Of a stretch of DNA of 64,000 nt, positions 10,302 to 19,395 are shown piece after piece (the stretch's first letter is position 1; each line of letters opens with the position of its first letter). The translations under genes and the position numbers were made by a program. Origin of the DNA: a virus (taxonomy: Duplodnaviria > Caudoviricetes); IMG/VR virus record IMGVR_UViG_3300022217_000228, positions 9,347 through 73,346 of that record. One strand, given 5' to 3'. The notes beneath the pieces are model-generated. The model saw only the letters and a program-made list of their open reading frames with translations, did not search any database and was not told the origin of the DNA.

Positions 10302-10767
10302 TGGAAGAACCGATGAGCCTATAGATAGTTCTGGCAATATACCAAAATCTTTGGATGAATATATAAATAGTCCTGCTGCAATTAAATCAGCAAAAAAAGC
10401 TATTGAAATGTGCCTTTCCGATAAGGCTGTTGTAAGAGCTGTAGTTGTAGATAAGAATAACTTCAAAGTAAAAGTATCTAAAAAAATGTGTAACAAAACG
10501 ATATTCGTAGGCGATTGTCTTATTAGTATAGGTAAAGTAACATTTAATGAACAAAGAAGAATTGATAGTATAAAAAAAAATAATAAGGGTATAAAGAATA
10601 TTGCCTTCACTATGACAAATAGAAAACTGATTAAAAAGCTATCAGGAAAGGAAGTCGACAATAAAACTGTTGACAAGACTAACCAAGAAACAATAAAGCC
10701 ATGTAGCGAAACAAGCCAGAGTTGGGAAAGATATCGGGAAGCCAGGGTAGAATTTCAAGAAGATTGA
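10291..10767 (+). CDS. Hypothetical basic protein
   Basis: 158-aa ORF in a tightly packed operon; no motif recognised. Confidence 0.5.
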   Translation: MILSGRTDEPIDSSGNIPKSLDEYINSPAAIKSAKKAIEMCLSDKAVVRAVVVDKNNFKVKVSKKMCNKTIFVGDCLISIGKVTFNEQRRIDSIKKNNKGIKNIAFTMTNRKLIKKLSGKEVDNKTVDKTNQETIKPCSETSQSWERYREARVEFQED

Positions 10768-10779
10768 AAGGAGACTGTA

Positions 10780-10914
10780 ATGCCGTTAACAAAAAAAGGT
10801 TCTAAAGTTATGAAAAATATGCGTAAAACTTACGGTTCTACGAAAAAAGCTGAAGAGGTGTTCTATGCTTCAAAAAATAAGGGGAAGCTTAAAGGAGTGT
10901 GTGGGAAAAAATAA
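10780..10914 (+). CDS. 44-aa basic phage protein (MPLTKKGSKVMKNMRKTYG...FYASKNKG)
   Basis: Below the ORF-track cutoff; AAGGAG RBS upstream; resembles a small protein family I recall from phage morphogenesis regions. Confidence 0.6.
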   Translation: MPLTKKGSKVMKNMRKTYGSTKKAEEVFYASKNKGKLKGVCGKK

Positions 10915-10915
10915 T

Positions 10916-11902
10916 ATGGCTAAAGTATGCTTTTCTTCCGTATGCACTGCAGATAGTTATTCATACTATATCCCGCTCTTCATATACACAACGAAGAAGG
11001 CTTATCCTAATGCGACAGTAAAGGTATTCGTTAAAGGAAAACTCAAAAATGATATCAAAGAAGCACTTAAATTAATACCATACAAAGGATGGGAAGTATT
11101 AGAAAGTTGTTTTGCTTCATACCCGAATAAACCATTCATAACCAATTGCTTAAGATTTCTTATTGATGAGAGGTATTACAAAGGATATGACTATGTTTTC
11201 GTTAAAGACATAGATTTTCTTATCTTTCCGCACAAAGTCTCTCATTACAAATACTTTTCAAGACGTATTAAAAATCTTCCTTATTTCGGCGCAAAAGGTC
11301 CATACAGACGACCGAGAAGATACCACATAAATAGGGGGGGTTGGAAAGGGAATTTCACCAGAGTGGCTGGAGGTTCATTCTCATTCAAGAATCCTGCATG
11401 GTTTCGAAAAACAGGAAAAATACTCAAAGAATACAGACGTTATTTGAAGCACAATGAACACGATAAATATGATAGCCACCCTCCTGGATCATATCGAGAA
11501 TGCGATGAAGTAATGCTGTTCCGTATTATAAAGAAATCGGGACTTCCTACTCCTAGGAGAAAGAATAAAAACGTGTATGGCAAACGTGCACCTAAAACAT
11601 ACAGAGATATTCACTTAGGCGACTTTGGAAAAGCACGACATTCCTATAGAAGAATATCGAAAAGACTAACTCTTGAAAACGTGAAAAAGTACGCAATACT
11701 TGAGAAGGATCCAATATGGAGAAAGCTACGAAAGAAGATGAGAACAAGCGCAAGGGTGAGGGAAGCGATTCGTCGACTAAGGAAGTATACAAAACGCCGC
11801 TTGAATTTATCTTCCTTATCCGTGGGAGGAACTGCGCAACCACAATTGAAAAATGCATCCGTTCAATTAGAAGACAAACCTACAAGCACTGGCACGCAAT
11901 AA
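10916..11902 (+). CDS. Probable glycosyltransferase-like protein (N-terminal half of a frameshifted fusion?)
   Basis: Start MAKVCF at 10916; 'FVKDIDF' DxD-like; last ~35 aa overlap the next ORF and look like shadow translation. Confidence 0.5.
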   Translation: MAKVCFSSVCTADSYSYYIPLFIYTTKKAYPNATVKVFVKGKLKNDIKEALKLIPYKGWEVLESCFASYPNKPFITNCLRFLIDERYYKGYDYVFVKDIDFLIFPHKVSHYKYFSRRIKNLPYFGAKGPYRRPRRYHINRGGWKGNFTRVAGGSFSFKNPAWFRKTGKILKEYRRYLKHNEHDKYDSHPPGSYRECDEVMLFRIIKKSGLPTPRRKNKNVYGKRAPKTYRDIHLGDFGKARHSYRRISKRLTLENVKKYAILEKDPIWRKLRKKMRTSARVREAIRRLRKYTKRRLNLSSLSVGGTAQPQLKNASVQLEDKPTSTGTQ

Positions 11903-12513
11903 TAGTACTCGATGCTCCTACCGATAATTCTGAGCAAATCACAAAATCACTCATAGAAAACGATAGTCGATTTCATCTTACTGTTAACAAAAGGCAGCTT
12001 GGTGTCTGCGGAAATATGTATCATATAATAAGATACACGTCAAAAACATTTCTCCCGTATGATTCCAATGTTGGAGTAGTAGTCGATGCTGATGATTGGA
12101 TAAGCAAGGATGCTTTAAGGACGGTTGAAAAGGTCTTTAGAAAACATCCTGACGCGTTGATCACTCATGGCAGCTATAAAAAAATGTCACGAGGACGACG
12201 AACGAAAATAAGCAGGCCATATCCGAAGCACGGAAACATCAGAAAATTACCATGGCGCGGATCCCATATGAAGACAATTAAATGGAAAATTCTTAAAAAA
12301 GCTAGACCTTCGTGGTTTCAACACAAAGGGAAGTGGCTTGGTGCCGCAAGTGACTTAGCATTAATGTTTAATTGTGTTGAAATCAGTGGGTTAAATAAAA
12401 CAAAACATGTGTACAAAGTTATTTATTACTGGAATGACAATACCACTAAAAGGAAAAGAATGTTGGAAAAGAAATGTGAGAAGGTATTGAGAAATAAGGT
12501 TAAGAACACATAG
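11716..12513 (+). CDS. GT2-family glycosyltransferase domain
   Basis: 'RNCATTIEKCIRSIRRQTY', 'VLDAPTDNS', 'VVDADDW', 'SDLAL'. Confidence 0.82.
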   Translation: MEKATKEDENKRKGEGSDSSTKEVYKTPLEFIFLIRGRNCATTIEKCIRSIRRQTYKHWHAIIVLDAPTDNSEQITKSLIENDSRFHLTVNKRQLGVCGNMYHIIRYTSKTFLPYDSNVGVVVDADDWISKDALRTVEKVFRKHPDALITHGSYKKMSRGRRTKISRPYPKHGNIRKLPWRGSHMKTIKWKILKKARPSWFQHKGKWLGAASDLALMFNCVEISGLNKTKHVYKVIYYWNDNTTKRKRMLEKKCEKVLRNKVKNT

Positions 12514-12940
12514 AATAATATTTATGAATATCGGCAACAGTTTCTCTTATTTCTGTCCCTGAGAAGCCACAACTACGAGGCATGTGCTCGTGTTCTATAC
12601 CAAGTTTATCAAAATTTTTTAAAACCTCTTCATTCCCTGAAACATATATTGCATCATTAACATTAATATCAAAATCACTGAGTAATGATAAATATTCTTT
12701 TTTTGTTATTTTAGCAAAATGAATGTTGTTTACTATTGCAATCACTCTGCCCTTTGAATTATGCTCGAATATCCTTTCAACAATCGATTTGACTTCATCA
12801 GCAGTTAATGTTCTATCCTCATAATCAAGAATAACTACCACAACGCTGGAATATTTATCCAGTAATTTTAGTATTGTTAAGACGTGGCCAATATGGATTG
12901 GCGAGAACCTTCCAGAGAATATAGCTACTTTCCCGTTCAT
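12500..12940 (-). CDS. Cytidylyltransferase-family (HIGH) nucleotidyltransferase
   Basis: 'SGRFSPIHIGH' and C-terminal 'FSGTEIR'. Confidence 0.82.
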   Translation of the reverse strand: MNGKVAIFSGRFSPIHIGHVLTILKLLDKYSSVVVVILDYEDRTLTADEVKSIVERIFEHNSKGRVIAIVNNIHFAKITKKEYLSLLSDFDINVNDAIYVSGNEEVLKNFDKLGIEHEHMPRSCGFSGTEIRETVADIHKYYSMCS

Positions 12941-13056
12941 ATCGCCTTAATTATCTCTATAACCATATGAATAATCCACAATATAAGTGCTCCACCCCAA
13001 CCAAACATTGCTATTTTAACAGCTACCGGCTTATTTAGTATTGTTTTTGGACACAT
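12937..13056 (-). CDS. 39-aa single-TM protein
   Basis: MCPKTILNKPVAVKIAMFGWGGALILWIIHMVIEIIKAI; start and stop overlap both neighbours. Confidence 0.5.
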   Translation of the reverse strand: MCPKTILNKPVAVKIAMFGWGGALILWIIHMVIEIIKAI

Positions 13057-13226
13057 TATTTAACCCATATATCCTTTATAAAGTTTAATATCATAACTAC
13101 AAGAGAGCTAACGGCAAATGTTACAAACCACCACATTTTATCTTTAAGGCTTTTAATATCATTAGTTATATTTTTATGTCGTTCTTCGCACAATTCTTTG
13201 TTGAATTTACTTTCTTCATCTCCCAA
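13056..13226 (-). CDS. 56-aa coiled-coil plus TM protein (holin/XhlA-like)
   Basis: TTG start 3 nt after upstream stop; 'ELCEERHKNI...MWWFVTFAVSSLVVMIL'. Confidence 0.5.
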   Translation of the reverse strand: MGDEESKFNKELCEERHKNITNDIKSLKDKMWWFVTFAVSSLVVMILNFIKDIWVK

Positions 13227-13229
13227 AAT

Positions 13230-16200
13230 CTACTCACTCTCTTCTTTAGTTCCTTCAGATACCATCCTTTGATAAACCATTATAGCTGCATCTTTTTTAG
13301 GAACCCCCGAATCTTTCAATATGTTGAATATTTGATTGCTGCTTAAACCTGCTACCATAGCATCTTTTAAAGTATCGACATATTTATTTAGTATTTTCTG
13401 CCGTTGTATTTCTGAAAATACTCTTCCTTCAGAGATACCGTGACTCTTTAGAGTGTTGGTTACGCTTTTCAAATCTCCGGTTAAAAGAAATCTTTTGCGC
13501 AATTTGCTGACAATCTTATTTTCTCTGATTTTCTCTCGTTCAGATATTCGTTCGCCTTTATACTTAAGTCTCGCCGCTTCGGTTAAATCACGTCGGAGTT
13601 GAAATGATTTGTATTTAAGGGAGCGTGCAACATTTAATCGAGATACTCTGACGCCTGTGGATTGTGCAATAGCCTCTGTTTTTAAATCATACTTCTGTCC
13701 GTACTTGCCAGCACCTTCCTTAGTTGCTTGGTACATTCGTTTCGCCCCAGCTATTGCTCCAGGGGTAATAGCGTCGGCAAAATGAGCAGCAGCCTTTGTC
13801 ATCTTTCCTTCAAGGGCATCCTCAGTATTCCAAACTTGAGTACCGTCTTTCTTTTTGTTTCTGCTGATATCAAGTAGCTTCTGAGTCATTAAATCCTCAG
13901 AAAGGAATGGTGAGAACGCTTCAGAAAGTGATTGAATAGCCTTTTGGTCTACATCTTCTCCACGCATTGCAGCTATTACTACATTCTTCATATAAGAATG
14001 AGGATCGGTATAACCCAAATCAATATAATTCTGCTCCCCTTCTTTACCTTTTCCTGTATATATTATTTGAGAATTCTGAGACCATGGACCCATAAATGTC
14101 CTGTATGCTTCATCTTTCTTTCTGTTTGTTCCGGTAAGGTACCTAGCTCCTGCAGTAGCAGCACCTGTTATGGTAGCAGCAGTTAATATCCCTGCCAACC
14201 GCTTTGCACCAATAGCCTGCAATCCGGGAGTTTTTAATTCTGTCATTGCCAATTTAGTTGTATTTGCAGCCGTCCTTATTACTTCTGCAGGGAAGGATAC
14301 GAAAGAGCCAACGAATGGGAACTTCCTCAGCGATCGAACAAGTTCAGGTATCATTTCATAAGTTGGATACGTGTTTCTTACTATATTGGCCACATGTTCT
14401 TTGATTTCTTGTTCGGATGCTCCCGGCATTGCCTTCTTGTATCTCTTCAACTCGTTCTCATATGCAAATACCTTCCAAACGTCGTCTTCTGCACCATACA
14501 GCTTCTCTATGCCTTTAATCACTTTCTTTGCAGCTCTACGTTTCCCAGTGCCAATCATCATATCAATGTCACCTTGAGTAACATCTTTTACTATGTCTTT
14601 GATCTCACCGTATCGAGCACCAGTTCCTATTACCCCAAGCTCGGTTAGTTCACGCAGATACCTTTTCTGTTCTGCTGTTCCTTTATTTGCAAAATCCTTA
14701 AATGTTGATGCTATTGCCTTGGGTGCTTTTGTAACATCTACATGGCCATTCATAATGGCAAAACCAGTGTTTCCCGTGACATTTCTAAGGTGAGTCATTG
14801 GGGACAATATTGTCTTTGCATACTTTGCAGTGCTTGAAACGCCTATAAGCCCACGTAGCCACGCTGGATCTACGGTACTACTCATAGTTTTTTCAAAAGC
14901 TTCTTTAATTTCTTTGGTAGTATACAATCCACTCAAGGGCTTCATTGAAGGAGTTACTTCGCCACTTATTGGAACGCTGTAACTCTTTCCTTGTTGAACG
15001 ATCGGTTTCTCGTGAAAATATTTACCGAGCCCTTCGGCTTTAACATCATTAAGAAACTTGTGGTTGGCAATTAAAGACGCCATTTTAGAAACTGATTTAG
15101 CATAATTTACATCAGCATCTTTGTATTCTCCCCACAATGACCGTATCTCAGCAGGTATTTCTTTTCGGTGTTTTAAGACATCAAGTTTTTTGCTACCCAA
15201 TTTGCCTTTTGCAAGCATAGCTATAGGAGCATCTTCTTTGTATAACAATTCATCTATTCTTCCATTAACTTCAGCTTCAGATAAATCTGGGTGTTCATCT
15301 CTGATAAAAGCCTTTGCCCTATTCCTAACAGGTTCAGGAACTTTCTTTGCCCAATCAGGATCATCAAACACACGGTACGATCTGTGTGTGTAAAAACCCA
15401 TATTCTCGGATACTTTACCTTCTAAATCACCAGCAATAACTCCCTCATCTATAAGTTTTTGAGACAAGGCGTCAATATGATTGCGCATATTTTTAACTAC
15501 AGGCTGTAACTCAGGTTTTAGCTCTTCAATAGGCTTCTCGCCTTTTAATGCAGCATCGAGTTCGAAGGCTTCTTGACTGGATAACCTTGATTTACCATAA
15601 GCTTTTGTAGCCTTTGATTTGAATTCATTTACAGTGTGTTCGATTTCTTTTAACTCAGCATTTATCCAATGCTCTTTTTGCATCTTTCTACGGAATACTT
15701 CTTTAGGTAGGCCACCGCGAGTGGTGAGTTGTTGCTGCATTATTTTGCCAAGTTCATTTCTGGCATCTTTGGCAACACTTAAATTAACAGAACCGCGCTC
15801 ACCGATTCCCTCGGGAACCATTGCGGTTTCAAATTGTTCAGGACGATCTAAACGGTCTATTTCGTCAGTAATAGCTTTAGAAAATGGAGATGGTTTGGAA
15901 AGTGTAGATTTTAATTCTTGGAAGGTGTCGCTGTATTTTTGTTCAACTGGAGCGCCTCGTCCCACAGCTCCTTCGCCCGCTGGCGCACCTGTGGGTTCGG
16001 GCTTTGTATAAGGCGGTATAGCTTCTGGGCGTAGTTCTCCTGCTGCTGGGGCTCGGGCTGTGCCCACGGGCTGCGGTTGCGGTTCACTCGGTTGCTCATA
16101 CTCTTTAATATAACCCTCTTTGCCGGTTATGTCAACTGTTGTTTCTATATCTTCCTCTGTGGCTGGTGCTCTTACATGCCTAGTTTCTACCATTTCAGAA

Positions 16201-17576
16201 GGTAAAACTTCTCCTTCAAATACTTCTTTTGCTATATCTTTCCTAAACTCAGTCTTTTCAAATTCTGGTTTTTGTGGTTCAATAACTGGTTTTCTGCTCG
16301 GAGTTCTTGCCTTTTCCAAAGATTCCTTAATCAGTTGATTTAATTTATCGCTCCGTTCTTTCGGCATTTCAATCTGAATGTCTTTTATTTTACCTTGTCC
16401 AATAAGTTTTTTTAATTCATCTCTTTGTGCTGCTTGTTCAAGTTTGAATGTTTTTCCCGCGGCAACATCACGTATTGCAAATCCTGCAGCTGAGGCGAGG
16501 CTCACCACCTCGTTCTTCCACCACTCTTTTGACCCAACATCTTCTCCTCGAATTTTGCCTGCAGCAACATCATAAACAAGATCAGTTAATGGTTGTGCAA
16601 TAAGCTGTGCAACTCCTGGTGGAGCAAGTACTTCTGGAATAACACTTATCAAACCACCGCCGCTTTGCTGTGCAACATCCTTCATTGCCTCGCCAAGATC
16701 TTTTCTACCTATATTCTGTTCAGCAGATATTGCCCCTGTAGTAAGCACACGAGAAAGCGCAGTCTTTAATAACGGTGATTTTGCGATAGGGGCAATCTTA
16801 TTAAGTGCGGCGCCGACAAGACGACCGCCAACTATTGCCTGTGCAATTGTTCCCGTTATTTGTCCTGCAGCAAATCGTATAGGGGCAGCCTGCCTTACCT
16901 TTTCAAGTTCTTCCTTCGTCTCTTTCGGGAAAAAAGTAGGAATTGGAGTAGACTGCAATATTCCAAATGCAAGAGCATTTGCTTCGCGATCTTCTTTAAG
17001 CAATACTTCCATTTCTTTTCTAACATGAGCTTGTTCTACCCATGGCAATTGCTTCATTAACTCTATCCCACGTTCTTGTGGAATAGATTTAAGCTCAAGA
17101 GCTCTTGCACGCGGGTCATCGATAGTAATAAATCGCGATTCCATGGCAGCAACTTTTGGATCCAGACTAAGTTGTATAAGAGGAATCTCTGTTGGTGGTT
17201 GCTTGGCTGCAGGTTGTTTAGATATACCTTCTGGTTCTCCGAATTCTCGTGTTACACCGAAAGATATTTTCTCTTCCGGAGTTTCAAACTCACGCGAAAC
17301 ACCGGTAGATAAAGGCAATGCCCGCTGTTCTACCGGTGGTTCTTCAGGTTCTTCTTTTGCTGTAATGGATTCATAGAGCCCCTTTGCAGCTTCTACTCCA
17401 GCACCTATTCCTTCTTTCGCACGTTCTAATAGAGAAGGTTTTTCTTCTATTATACCTTTGCCATACTCTGGGTATTTTGTCAGGATTTTGGTAACAAGAG
17501 TTTCATCATCTACAGAAGCATAAGATGGATACTTCGCTTTGATTTTCTGAGCAAATTCACTTCTTGTATAATTCAC
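13230..17576 (-). CDS. Large internal virion/ejection-type protein (1448 aa)
   Basis: Size, helical A/K/E-rich composition and position at the end of a podovirus-like structural operon. Confidence 0.6.
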   Translation of the reverse strand: MNYTRSEFAQKIKAKYPSYASVDDETLVTKILTKYPEYGKGIIEEKPSLLERAKEGIGAGVEAAKGLYESITAKEEPEEPPVEQRALPLSTGVSREFETPEEKISFGVTREFGEPEGISKQPAAKQPPTEIPLIQLSLDPKVAAMESRFITIDDPRARALELKSIPQERGIELMKQLPWVEQAHVRKEMEVLLKEDREANALAFGILQSTPIPTFFPKETKEELEKVRQAAPIRFAAGQITGTIAQAIVGGRLVGAALNKIAPIAKSPLLKTALSRVLTTGAISAEQNIGRKDLGEAMKDVAQQSGGGLISVIPEVLAPPGVAQLIAQPLTDLVYDVAAGKIRGEDVGSKEWWKNEVVSLASAAGFAIRDVAAGKTFKLEQAAQRDELKKLIGQGKIKDIQIEMPKERSDKLNQLIKESLEKARTPSRKPVIEPQKPEFEKTEFRKDIAKEVFEGEVLPSEMVETRHVRAPATEEDIETTVDITGKEGYIKEYEQPSEPQPQPVGTARAPAAGELRPEAIPPYTKPEPTGAPAGEGAVGRGAPVEQKYSDTFQELKSTLSKPSPFSKAITDEIDRLDRPEQFETAMVPEGIGERGSVNLSVAKDARNELGKIMQQQLTTRGGLPKEVFRRKMQKEHWINAELKEIEHTVNEFKSKATKAYGKSRLSSQEAFELDAALKGEKPIEELKPELQPVVKNMRNHIDALSQKLIDEGVIAGDLEGKVSENMGFYTHRSYRVFDDPDWAKKVPEPVRNRAKAFIRDEHPDLSEAEVNGRIDELLYKEDAPIAMLAKGKLGSKKLDVLKHRKEIPAEIRSLWGEYKDADVNYAKSVSKMASLIANHKFLNDVKAEGLGKYFHEKPIVQQGKSYSVPISGEVTPSMKPLSGLYTTKEIKEAFEKTMSSTVDPAWLRGLIGVSSTAKYAKTILSPMTHLRNVTGNTGFAIMNGHVDVTKAPKAIASTFKDFANKGTAEQKRYLRELTELGVIGTGARYGEIKDIVKDVTQGDIDMMIGTGKRRAAKKVIKGIEKLYGAEDDVWKVFAYENELKRYKKAMPGASEQEIKEHVANIVRNTYPTYEMIPELVRSLRKFPFVGSFVSFPAEVIRTAANTTKLAMTELKTPGLQAIGAKRLAGILTAATITGAATAGARYLTGTNRKKDEAYRTFMGPWSQNSQIIYTGKGKEGEQNYIDLGYTDPHSYMKNVVIAAMRGEDVDQKAIQSLSEAFSPFLSEDLMTQKLLDISRNKKKDGTQVWNTEDALEGKMTKAAAHFADAITPGAIAGAKRMYQATKEGAGKYGQKYDLKTEAIAQSTGVRVSRLNVARSLKYKSFQLRRDLTEAARLKYKGERISEREKIRENKIVSKLRKRFLLTGDLKSVTNTLKSHGISEGRVFSEIQRQKILNKYVDTLKDAMVAGLSSNQIFNILKDSGVPKKDAAIMVYQRMVSEGTKEESE

Positions 17577-19033
17577 TAAAATAGCCCTAACGGATCTTCG
17601 GTTGGAGTCGCCGCCGGCTGTCCGGTTCCTTGTATTACTCCATAAACCTGATCCTGTAATTGCTGCATCTCACTTAAAACAGCCTGTATTTCCTCATCAG
17701 GTGGCTTTGGAGCACCTTTAGCTTGTGCAACAGCTCCTACTTCTTCAGGGAATGCATAGGCAAGAGCTATGCGCTTCTGCGGGTCTCTTAGAATAGCTCG
17801 TGCGGCATCAGCTATTCCACTTGTTTGCTTCATTACTTCGACACCATATTCACCTTCAATAACTTTATACAGATTTGGGAATTGCTGTTTAGCCATATTT
17901 TTAACTGCAGCTTGCAGCTCTTTACCTAATTTCCAATCTGGTGTTACTGTTGGTTGTCTTGGCGCCCTTTTTCTGGCATCTTCCTCTTTCATGCGCTTCT
18001 GCCATTCCGTAAGAGCGGTATCCCATGAACTCTGCTGCTGCTCTTCTTTATTTATTAACCGGTCTATCTCAGTATTCATTCTACCGAGAAATTCTGGATC
18101 ATCTGCAAGCTGCTGTGGTATATCAAGCTCCGTTGCAATTCGTTCTATCTCAAGCATCAAGTCAGTTTGCTTTCCACTTTCAATCTGACGTGGATCAAGG
18201 TTTTGTGTTTTTATAACCGTTTTAGTTAAATTGTCCAGCGTTCTCTTTTTAGTCCTTAGCCCCTCTACTGCATTTTGGCTCTCAATAATAGCAGTATGGA
18301 AACCAGACTCCTTGCTCACACCAGTCATTGTCCTAATATTTTTCTCACGCTGCTTATTTTCCTGCTCACGTTGCTCTTCATACATTTTTAGTGGCTGTTG
18401 AAATACCTGTTCAGTAGATTCAACCTGCTTACCGAGTGTTTCAGGAACCATTTCTTGTGCTGCCGGAGACAGTTGTGCGAATTCACGCTGGTATTCTTCA
18501 CCTCTGATAGGCCGTCGCTGTTCCTGCATCTCCATAGGAACTTCACCAGCTCGTTCTGGAGCAGCTTGTGCAGGAATCGGTGGGCCTTCCGCCTGTACCT
18601 GCCGTTGTTCAGTTATAGGCTGCTGCATTTTACCTGTAAATCCTGCAGCTTCACTCTTGGTTGCCAATCCTTCAAGATATTTATCAGCACGTTCAGCGCT
18701 ACCTAATAACAGCTTTATGTTCTGCTCTGGGCTTAATCCCTGCATAGGTTTTTTAATAAACCTTTTAGCCTGAACCATAGCTTTAAGAAAATTACCTTCA
18801 AGTGACGGATCACTATTTTTAACATCATCAGCAAACTGATAAAGTGATTGCCCATACAAATCATTGACTTCCTTATCAATGTTTTTTCTTTTAACTATCT
18901 CAGGTATTTTCTGTGCAAAATCAATAAGGTTTGAACTAATACCACTAGCAGTTCCACCAATAATATTAGCTTTCGCATATGCAGCCTGCATAGGGTCATA
19001 TCGGATAGGCATATTATCCCCGCAATCCGGCAA
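17576..19033 (-). CDS. Probable ejection/DNA-transfer protein
   Basis: Q/E-rich coiled-coil, between two other ejection-type genes. Confidence 0.45.
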   Translation of the reverse strand: MPDCGDNMPIRYDPMQAAYAKANIIGGTASGISSNLIDFAQKIPEIVKRKNIDKEVNDLYGQSLYQFADDVKNSDPSLEGNFLKAMVQAKRFIKKPMQGLSPEQNIKLLLGSAERADKYLEGLATKSEAAGFTGKMQQPITEQRQVQAEGPPIPAQAAPERAGEVPMEMQEQRRPIRGEEYQREFAQLSPAAQEMVPETLGKQVESTEQVFQQPLKMYEEQREQENKQREKNIRTMTGVSKESGFHTAIIESQNAVEGLRTKKRTLDNLTKTVIKTQNLDPRQIESGKQTDLMLEIERIATELDIPQQLADDPEFLGRMNTEIDRLINKEEQQQSSWDTALTEWQKRMKEEDARKRAPRQPTVTPDWKLGKELQAAVKNMAKQQFPNLYKVIEGEYGVEVMKQTSGIADAARAILRDPQKRIALAYAFPEEVGAVAQAKGAPKPPDEEIQAVLSEMQQLQDQVYGVIQGTGQPAATPTEDPLGLF

Positions 19034-19379
19034 GTCTGTTTATAAATAAATTTTCGAGTTGTGCGTTTTTGTTTACCACTTGAGTCAATCTGCTTACTTG
19101 ATCTCTGAATCTTGTGTGAGCTTCTTGTTCTTGATACATTCCAAGTTCTCGTTCTTTTAATTTTGTAGAAACATCGAATTGCCTTCTTCCTTCTCTAATC
19201 TTTCTCTTTTCAAGTTTTTCTTTGCTTATTCTAGCTCTTTTTGCCTCTTCAAACTCACCAAGATACATCTCTTTCGATTCTCGTCGTCCCTTTTCAATCT
19301 CACGACTTTGCATAGAACCACTAACCACTTCGGTTCCAACACCAATTAATCCGCTTATTATTGCTGCTGCAATAGACAT
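19014..19379 (-). CDS. Small virion protein (pilot/ejection-type)
   Basis: N-terminal 'AAAIISGLIGVG' followed by charged coiled coil. Confidence 0.45.
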   Translation of the reverse strand: MSIAAAIISGLIGVGTEVVSGSMQSREIEKGRRESKEMYLGEFEEAKRARISKEKLEKRKIREGRRQFDVSTKLKERELGMYQEQEAHTRFRDQVSRLTQVVNKNAQLENLFINRLAGLRG

Positions 19380-19395
19380 ATGTTACCTCTTCGTA

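Noticed and set aside
1-12513. Host chromosomal LPS/capsule locus flanking a prophage
   Set aside because: The genes are interleaved and overlap-coupled with HNH, terL and a small phage-type protein, and no wzx/wzy/ABC exporter or housekeeping genes are present.
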